A stretch of DNA of 64,000 nucleotides from Eledone cirrhosa. Lineage: Eukaryota. Made by a program: the position numbers and the translations under genes. The notes under the pieces are model-generated. The model was given only the letters and a program-made list of their open reading frames with translations. It searched no databases and was not told the DNA's origin. Positions 53,970-64,000 of the stretch are shown here, one piece after another. Within the stretch, counting starts at the first letter, position 1. Every line of letters begins with the position of its first letter. The stretch is taken from contig OZ024761.1 of NCBI GenBank assembly GCA_964016885.1, positions 7,254,001-7,318,000 of the forward strand. The letters are read 5' to 3'.

Positions 53970-54265
53970 AATGATACATGACATACCCTGAGATGTTAAA
54001 TGGTTAAGATTTAATCAAGGTAGAACATTATTTTACGTTGAGTGCTTCCATTCTACTGTAAAACTCATTCTTTGACATAATCATTAAATATTGTTTAACA
54101 ACTTAATATTATATAAATATATATATCTGATATATTATATATATATGATATATTATATATATATATATATTATATATAAGTGAAAGGTATAGAAATATAT
54201 ATATATTATATATATATGATATATATATATATTATATATGATATATATATATATATATATATTAT

Positions 54266-54397
54266 ATAGGAACGAGTAAGACCTCGATGGCTGAGCTCAA
54301 GCCGTTTCGACGGCTAATTCTGGACTAAAACATTTAGTCCAGAATTAGCCGTCGAAACGGCTTGAGCTCAGCCGTCGGGGTCCTACTCGTTCCTATT
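54266..54397. repeat. Near-perfect ~130-bp palindrome (pLTR-like)
   Basis: ataggaacgagta...tggactaaa-ac-atttagtcca...tactcgttcctat; related sequence at 11420-11560 and 49205-49280. Confidence 0.88.
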
Positions 54398-54494
54398 ACC
54401 CACTCTACTACCCTAATTATTGAGTACTTTGGTGCGTTATGGTCCATCTGGTTCCGTACCACATTTCCTTCGTTATATATTATATATATATACA

Positions 54495-55770
54495 TATTAT
54501 AGAATCAAAAGGCCTTATAATTAACCTGTCTAAGACTAAAGTTCTAGTATGTAGGAAGGAAAATAGGGCACTGGTCCCAGCTGGGAAATGGCCATGCTCA
54601 GTGTGTAGGAAAGGAGTAGGCAGAAACTCCATTTTATGTCCCAAATGCAAAGTATGGGTGCATAAAAGATGTAGTGGGATCACAGGTAAGCTAACTAAGA
54701 ATATAGATTTTATATGTGGCCGGTGCTCAGGTGCACTAAGTAGCAGCAGGTGCCCAGAGAATACTAGCTCATTCCATTGCACAGATTGTTCTATAGAAAT
54801 AGTGGACACCTTCCGTTACCTGGGTGACAAAATCAGCAGTGGGGGAGGGTGCTCTGAAAGTACTGTAGCTAGAGTCCGAACGGAATGGAAAAAGTTCAGA
54901 GAGCTTATACCACTATTGGCCGCTAAAGGTTTCTATCTAAAAATGAAAGGCAGGCTGTATGATGCCTGCATACGAACAGCAATGTTACCTGGTAGTGAGA
55001 CATGGGCCTTGTGTGCAGAGGATATACGCAGACTGGAGAGGAACGAAGCTTGCATGCTCCGCTGGATGTGTAATAGTAATATACGTGAACGGCAAAGCAT
55101 AAATGAACTAAGTGAGAAATTAGGAATAAGAGGGATCAGATGCTGTTTACTCGAGAGAAGACTACGTTGGTATGGTCACGCGATGCGCTTGAAAGACGAT
55201 AGCTGTATAAAAAAAAGTGCAGGGCGATAAAGATAGACGGTAGCCATGTAGTAGACAGACCCAGAAAAACCTGGGACGACTTGATAAATTCCGACCTCAC
55301 ACACTTACACCTCTCCAAGACAATCTCACTGGACCGAGATCTTTGGCGCTACACAGTAATACAGAAGACCCGCCTTGCCTAAGTACATAGCGAAACCTAC
55401 AGTCAGTAGGCACCCCTTAACAAAAATACACCCCTGTCCCACTACCCCCCACTTCATCCACACCACCCCTTTCGATGTAAAGTTATGTTGGTACCACAAC
55501 ATCCAGTCCTAAATAAATGAGGTCGTGTAGGTGTCACAACAAAAAAACACAGACAGTCCACGCTGTAATGTGGTCGTGTAGGTAACACGGTAAAAACCTC
55601 CCAGTCCACACTGTAAACGTGGTTGGTGTTAGGAAGGGCATCCAGCCGTAGAAAACCCGCCAGACAGTCCTATACGAGCAAGACAACCAATCTTGCCTCA
55701 AGTGGGAAAATTCCCGTCCAAACCCATGCTAGCGTGGAAGATGGACGTTAAACGATGATGATGATGATGA
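54495..55770 (+). mobile_element. 5'-truncated RTE-like LINE (RT C-terminus with PHD-like Cys/His insert, 3' UTR, (GAT)n tail)
   Basis: GLIINLSKTKVL...CSVC...CPKC...HKRC...CGRC...FRYLG...LRWYGH; frameshift near 55215. Confidence 0.92.
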
Positions 55771-56298
55771 TTATATATATATATCTATATATAATATATT
55801 ATATATATCTATATATAATATATTATATATATATATATAATATAATATAGTCACTTATATATTATGAAATACTGTTGGTTTCACGCTCACAATAATTTCT
55901 ATACTTTCATTTATAATATAAATGTTATATATATAATATATATATATATATATTATATATATAACGAAATTCTGTTTTAATGAAAATCAAGGGACATAAA
56001 AAAAAATTTTTATCAGGAGATGAAAGACTTGGAGCTTGTGACCGGGAATTGATAAGAATTTCGTTATACTGAAAAATCCGTTATAACGGAATTTTATATA
56101 TAAATATATACAAGCTGCCCAATCCCAGTCAACACTGGTCGTCTCGGTGCCCCGATAAAAAGTACCCATTCCATTCTGTAAACGTGGTTGGCGTTAGGAA
56201 GGGCATCCAGTGGTAGAAACCAACCCCAAATCAGTTCTTTATGAGCAAGACACGGTCATCTGATCTGGCTTGTCTCACAACAGGACAACTCGTCTAAC

Positions 56299-56343
<45 letters not shown>

Positions 56344-56877
56344 GGAATGAACCCCGACCGCCTCCAAGCGGTTTCGCTCTATACCTACATCTCCCCATTA
56401 AGTACTTCCATTATTAGTGGTCTCCGCGGTCTCAGCTCTCCATATATATATATATAATGTGTTAACTTTTTTATTATTCTCCTTAAGTAAGGCTTTGACA
56501 AACACAGACCGATAAAACAAGTACTAATCGACGAAATTGCTTGAAGGCAGTGCCCCAGCATGGCCGCAGTCAAATGACAACCCAGTAAAAGAATATATTA
56601 TACACTCTTTAGTGATTACGGGCATAGTGGTTATGACATACAGAAAAAATCTACTAAGTATGTGTGTGTATATATATCTATATATACACACACACACACA
56701 CATATATATACATATATACTGCTCTTCCAACATTGAATTAAATGGACTTAGCAGCCATTTTGTCTTTAAGACGGAAAAATCTTGTAAAAAGTCATCGTTC
56801 GCCTTTAAATAGTTATCATGTTTGGTGGGGAAAGACGTATTTTACAATATATAACCTCCCCATCACCACTTCGTGTT

Positions 56878-56925
<48 letters not shown>

Positions 56926-57229
56926 ACGTTTTAATTTTAACTCGAAATCGAAACTAGATAATATTATTTGACAAACGTTATTTATAATTAATATAAGACA
57001 GAAAAGAAAATTCGTAATGGTGTCAGATTCGATCGATATGAAGACTGTGATCGGTTTAACGACCGATTCTATATCGATTTCCTCCTAACAAGTTTAGACA
57101 TATTTACACAAACGAACGAAAACCCTGTGACAGATTCTATTTATAAATAAATAAGTCCATAAATTCAAATTATATGGATTTGATGCATTAAAAAAAACTG
57201 GGGGTTATTTCTTTAATTTTTCGTAATAT

Positions 57230-57480
57230 ATTGTTGTTGGTGGTGGTGGTAGTGGTGATGATGATGGTGGTAATGATGACAATGATGGTGGTGGTGATGA
57301 CAATGATGGTGTGGTGGTGGTGATGATGGTGGTAATGACAATGATGATGTTGGTGGTGGTGGTGATGGTGATGGTGGTGGCGGTAATAATGGTGGTGGAG
57401 ATGATGGTGGTAATGATGGTGATGGTGGTGGTGGTGGTGATGATGGTGGTGGTGGTGGTGATGATGGTGGTGGTGGTGCA
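57230..57480. repeat. (GGT/GAT)n simple repeat
   Basis: Direct inspection. Confidence 0.9.
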
Positions 57481-57634
57481 GTGCTGTGTTCTGAAATTCT
57501 TAGCTCGGTTATGAAGAAGCGAATGATGATAGCGATGTATTATTGATATAAATCGAACTAAGATCGAAACCAGCTTCTAAGCATAGATGCACACACACAC
57601 ATATATATGTATATATATATACATATATATGATG

Positions 57635-57830
57635 ATGTTTCCTTGAGCAAGACACTTTATTTCACATTGCTCCAGTTTACTCAGCTGTAGAAATGAGATA
57701 ATAGGGAAGGCGTGTGGCTGAGTGGTTAGAGAATTGGATTTTCAATCGTAAGGTTGTGAGTTCGATTCCTGGACCAGGCGATGCGTTATGTCCTTGAGCA
57801 AGACACTTTATTTCACGTTGCTCCTTCTAC
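57635..57830 (+). mobile_element. SINE-B head and core fragments
   Basis: tggctgagtgg A-box, gagttcgattc B-box, ccttgagcaagacacttta. Confidence 0.75.
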
Positions 57831-58056
57831 CTGGAGTTGCGACCGATAGATAGTATTAGCAATTGGAAAGACCAACGGAAACATTGTTCCCTCGGTCCGA
57901 TTTGACGAAAGTCAATCGTCTTTTCTTTTCATATATTATATATAATATATATATATATATATTATATATGCAAAGTTTTATTTAAATTGGTGGGTTACAA
58001 CGAGTAAATATTTATAACTGATATAAAAGCACTCAACAAGTATTTGGAGTATATTT

Positions 58057-58357
58057 ACGATATTAAATAAATGGAAACTATATTTATAAAACCATATTTA
58101 TTTCATTATATATATTTCAGGGATATCATATTAAAAATATGGTATGCCTTCATCAGACAAAATACAATGTAAACAGTCTTATAAATAGATAGATTTGACA
58201 AATCAACTTTTTAAATGGAAGTTGAAGTTGTAAGGTATGTCAAATCTATCTATTTATAAGACTGTTTATATTGTATTTTTAATATGATATCCCTGAAATA
58301 TATATAATGAAATAAATATGGTTTTATAAATATAGTTTCCATTTATTTAATATCGTA
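58057..58357. repeat. ~300-bp inverted repeat (Penelope pLTR-like)
   Basis: Left arm 58057-58200 is the reverse complement of 58238-58357 except for a deletion removing the CTGATGA segment; homologous to 53005-53130. Confidence 0.88.
58099..58164 (-). ncRNA. Minimal type-I hammerhead ribozyme motif
   Basis: tattttgt-CTGATGA-aggcataccatatt-ttt-aatatgatatccct-GAAA-TATATA-TA-atgaaata. Confidence 0.75.
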
Positions 58358-58695
58358 TATATATTATATATATATATATATAAAATATATATATAATATA
58401 TATAAAATATATATATAATATATATATAATATATATAAAATATATATATAATTTATATATAATATATATAAAATATATATATAATATATATATAATATAT
58501 ATATATTATATATTATTTATATATAATATATATAAAATATATATATAATATATATATAATATATATATATTATATATTATATATATAATATATAATATAT
58601 ATATATATTATATATTATATATATAATATATATATTATATATTATATATATAATATATATTATATATATAATATATATATATATATATATTATGA

Positions 58696-59267
58696 GTTGA
58701 AATAAAATGAAAACGAAATTTCATTTCTCACTCTTAGTACGGCACTTACTTAAATGTAAGTATGTGTGTATACGTACATACATATATGTATACAGACGTA
58801 CAGTAGCATGCATATATATATATATATATATATACATATATATATACACACATATACATACAGGTACACATACATATATGCACGTATCAGTTTAGCGGAC
58901 GCTTATTATAACGCCGCTTTGTTCATTTGTAAACAAACTGAACAGCCTGAATTTTATGCCGTATGGTGTTAAGGCAACCACGTCACCTTTTTGTTCAACA
59001 CTGACACAGGAACGATGTACTAGTTTCAAGCTTGTTAGCTATCATCAGCACCATATACCCTTCTGCCAGATAATTGAACGTCCGAAAGTATATACTTTCC
59101 TAATGAAAATTAACGGCTGAGCAGCCTAATTTGCATATCGAGTGAGTCAAGTCGGTCAGGCATACCGAAGACGATAAGTTGAAATAAAATGAAAACGAAA
59201 TTTCATTTCTCACTCTTAGTACGGCACTTACTTAAATGTAAGTATGTGTGTATACGTACATACATAT
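58696..59267. repeat. ~90-bp direct repeats bracketing a hammerhead motif
   Basis: gttgaaataaaatgaaaacg...tacgtacatacatat at 58696 and 59178. Confidence 0.85.
59012..59054 (-). ncRNA. Very small type-I hammerhead motif
   Basis: atggtg-CTGATGA-t-agct-aaca-agct-t-GAAA-CTAG-TA-catcgt. Confidence 0.7.
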
Positions 59268-59347
59268 TCTTGCTACAATACTTTCTATATCTTTCATTTA
59301 TATATATATTATATATATATTATATATATAATATATATAATATATAT

Positions 59348-59379
<32 letters not shown>

Positions 59380-59443
59380 ATATATATATATATAATATAT
59401 ATATATAATATATATATATATAATATATATATATAATATATAT

Positions 59444-59563
<120 letters not shown>

Positions 59564-59624
59564 TATATATATAATATATATATATATATAATATATATAT
59601 ATATAATATATATATATATAATAT

Positions 59625-59968
59625 CATCATTTCATCATCATTTCATTTTACGTCCACTTTTCCCTGCTTGCAAGGGTGGGACGGGAACTGATTCTGGCTT
59701 GATTTCTACAGCTGGATGCCCTTCCTAACACCAACCTCATTTACAGTGAGTGCTGGGTGCTTTTTTGCCGTGGCACCTCCACGACCACTTTGCAGTGGAA
59801 TGATATGGACCCCAGTCCCTATCATCTCATTTCTACAGCTGAGTAAACTGGAGCAATGTGAAATAAAGTGTCTTGCTCAAGGAAACAACACATCACCCGG
59901 TCTGAGGATTGAACTCACAACCTTTCGATTGCAAGCCCAATGCTCTAACCACTAAGCCATGTGCCTCC
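59625..59968 (-). mobile_element. SINE family B, full length
   Basis: Near-identical to 17026-17359. Confidence 0.9.
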
Positions 59969-60010
59969 AATATATATATATATAATATATATCTATAATA
60001 TATATCTATA

Positions 60011-60048
<38 letters not shown>

Positions 60049-60061
60049 ATATATATATATA

Positions 60062-60106
<45 letters not shown>

Positions 60107-60123
60107 ATATATAATATATATAT

Positions 60124-60173
<50 letters not shown>

Positions 60174-60316
60174 ATATATAATATATATATTATATATATA
60201 ATATATAATATATATATATTATATATAATATATATATATTATATATATATTTTATATATATTATATATATATTATATATATATTTTATATATATAATTAT
60301 ATATATAATTATATAT

Positions 60317-60349
<33 letters not shown>

Positions 60350-60399
60350 ATTATATATATATATATATAATTATATATATATTTTATATAATATAAAGG

Positions 60400-60585
60400 C
60401 AGTGGATTGGCAGTATCGGTAGAGGGTCGGACGCCATGCTTTGCAGCATAGTTACGTCCCTTTACGATCTGAGTTCAAATCCCGCCGAGGTTGACTTTGA
60501 CTTTCATCCTTACGGGGTCGATAAAATAAAGTACCAGTAACGCACTGGGTAATTGCTGGCCTTGTGCCTAAAGTAGAAACAATTA
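60400..60585 (+). mobile_element. SINE family A, full length
   Basis: tggcagtatcgg A-box, gagttcaaatccc B-box; inserted in a (TA)n tract. Confidence 0.9.
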
Positions 60586-60642
60586 TATATATATTTTATA
60601 TATATTATATATATATTATATATATATTTTATATATATTATA

Positions 60643-60677
<35 letters not shown>

Positions 60678-60818
60678 CAAAATATATATAAAATATATAT
60701 ATAATATATATATAATATATATAAAATATATATATAATATATATATAATATATATATATTATATATTATATAATATATATATATTATATATTATATATAT
60801 AATATATATATTATATAT

Positions 60819-60884
<66 letters not shown>

Positions 60885-61090
60885 TATATATATATATTAT
60901 ATATTATATATATATATATATATATATTATATTATAGATATATATTATATATATATATATTATATATATATATATTATATATATATATATTATATATATA
61001 TATATTATATATATTATATATATATATAATATATATATAAATGAAAGATATAGAAAGTATTGTAGCAAGAAGCCAACAGTATTCCATAAT

Positions 61091-61276
<186 letters not shown>

Positions 61277-61285
61277 TATATATAT

Positions 61286-61411
<126 letters not shown>

Positions 61412-61453
61412 ATATTATATATATATTATATATATATATATATATTATATATA

Positions 61454-61528
<75 letters not shown>

Positions 61529-61548
61529 ATATTATATATATATATATC

Positions 61549-61628
<80 letters not shown>

Positions 61629-61712
61629 ATATTATATATATATATATTATATATATATATATTATATATTATATATATAATATATTATATATTTATATAT
61701 ATTATATATATA

Positions 61713-61743
<31 letters not shown>

Positions 61744-61748
61744 TATAT

Positions 61749-61779
<31 letters not shown>

Positions 61780-61931
61780 TGTATAAATGAAAGATATAGA
61801 AAGTATTGTAGCAAGAAGCCAACAGTATTCCATAATATATATATATAATATATATATATATACATATATATATACATATATATAATATATATATATAATA
61901 TATATATATATTTATATATATTATATATATA

Positions 61932-61972
<41 letters not shown>

Positions 61973-62024
61973 CATATATATATATATATAATATATATAT
62001 ATATTTATATATATTATATATATA

Positions 62025-62144
<120 letters not shown>

Positions 62145-62468
62145 CATATATATATATATATATAATATATATATATATACATATATATAATATATATATA
62201 TAATATATATATATATACATATATATATATACATATATATAATATATATATATATACATATATATAATATATATATATAATATATATATATATATACATA
62301 TATATAATATATATATATAATATACATATATATAATATATATATATATACATATATATAATATATATATATAATATATATATATATATACATATATATAA
62401 TATATATATATAATATATATATATATATACATATATATAATATATATATATAATATATATATATATAC

Positions 62469-62538
<70 letters not shown>

Positions 62539-63163
62539 TAGATATATATATAGATATATATATATATATAGATAGATAGATATATATAGATATATATATA
62601 TATAGATATATATATATAGATATTGTTATACTTTGGGAGCGTCTTAAGCCAGTCTTAAACTCCTCTGTTATGGCTTGGAGGACTATAATGAACAATATAA
62701 CATATATATATATATTATATATAATATATATATATATGTTATATATAATATATATATATTTGTTATATATAATATATATATATTTGTTATATATAATATA
62801 TATATATTTGTTATATATAATATATATATATTTGTTATATAAAATATATATATATATATTATATATATATCTATATATATTATATATATATCTATATATA
62901 TATATTATATATATATATATATTATATACATATATATATATATTATATATATATCTATATATATTATATATATATCTATATTATATATATATCTATATAT
63001 ATTATATATATATCTATATTTTATATATATATATCTATATATATTTTGTTTCTGAATTTGTTTAGCAAGATTCTTTATCTGAAATCGTGCGTTGAAACCG
63101 ATATTGTTATACTTTGGGAGGGTCATGTTGCCAATAAGAAACACACACTCCAGTTGCTTTCAC

Positions 63164-64000
63164 TTCGTAGATGATATAAACATCGTAGTTAAGACACCCC
63201 CAATAAAGAACAGTCAGGAACTAGAGACAAACACAATGGAAAGCATCCAGCAAATAGCAAACTCCATCCACCAGAGCATTAGATTTACTATAGACTACCC
63301 AAGTAGACACCCCAACCATCGATTACATGTACTAGACACAGAGCTCTGGTTAGATACCATTAACAACCAAAAACAAATCCTCCATTCCCATTATGCCAAA
63401 CCCATGACTTCCAAACATCTGATCCACCGAAACTCGGCCATTTCGGACCATACCAAAATCAACATACTGATTGCGGATTTGGTACGGGTGATGAGAAATG
63501 TGTCCCGCATGTGCAACCCCGAAGAACTAGAGAGACACATACAACACTTCATCCACCATATGCAGTTCTCTGGCTACAATCAGAGAGATAGAATCAGAGT
63601 GTATAAAGGAGCCAGAACCAAATGGGAAAAAATGGTAAATAATGACATAAATGGGACCTGCCCCTTGTATAGGAGCAAATTTTGGAATAGAATAGAAAGA
63701 ACTAGGAACAAGGCCAATAGAATAAACTCATGGTATGATAGCAATAAATACCAGAGTGTAATGTTCATCAATACAACCCCTAGAGGCGAACTAGCCTACA
63801 AATTTAGAAGGGCCTTAAATAAACATAATCTCAATATTAAGATAGTAGAAAGACCTGGTACCTCCGTAAAAACACTTATTAGCAAGACATACCCGTTCCA
63901 AAGACCCTCATGTATAGATAAGAAATGTATAACCTGTAAAATAAGCCCCCATATTAACTGTAAAACTAGAAATGTAGTGTATAGCATAAGATGTACTGAA
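63164..64000 (+). mobile_element. Penelope-like element, RT C-terminal half through the start of GIY-YIG, open to the window end
   Basis: 279 stop-free codons: FVDDINIV...TIDYPSRHPNHRLHVLDTELW...HYAKPMTSKHLIHRNSA...MQFSGY...IVERPG...CIDKKCITC...NCKTRNVVYSIRCTE. Confidence 0.88.

Noticed and set aside
56345-56440. Hammerhead-like GAAACCGC...GCGGTC stem on the minus strand
   Set aside because: Good stem III and GUC triplet but no intact CTGANGA or stem I; at most a decayed remnant

Overview
Repeat-rich, AT-rich animal genomic DNA; the SINE/RTE repeat content suggests an octopod cephalopod (inference). The left 43 kb holds the first ten coding exons (936 nt, 312 codons, all GT-AG with consistent phases) of DNA topoisomerase 3-alpha (TOP3A) on the minus strand, and the gene continues past position 1. 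Roughly 60% of this gene span is minisatellite array (units 21-72 bp, up to 10.5 kb long). Several arrays can be traced to their source: a tRNA-SINE A-box head, the inside of a TTAA/piggyBac-type MITE, a Tigger-like MITE, a SINE/LINE tail, and a 5' splice site. The right 21 kb has no recognisable host gene. It holds SINEs, RTE and CRE-like LINE fragments, long (TA)n tracts and an open Penelope-like RT/GIY-YIG frame that runs off the end. The least obvious signal is a set of seven minimal type-I hammerhead ribozyme motifs, all on the minus strand. They lie in or near (TA)n tracts, several within long palindromes, and two sit in sense orientation in TOP3A introns. Most long ORFs in the supplied track are repeat artefacts.
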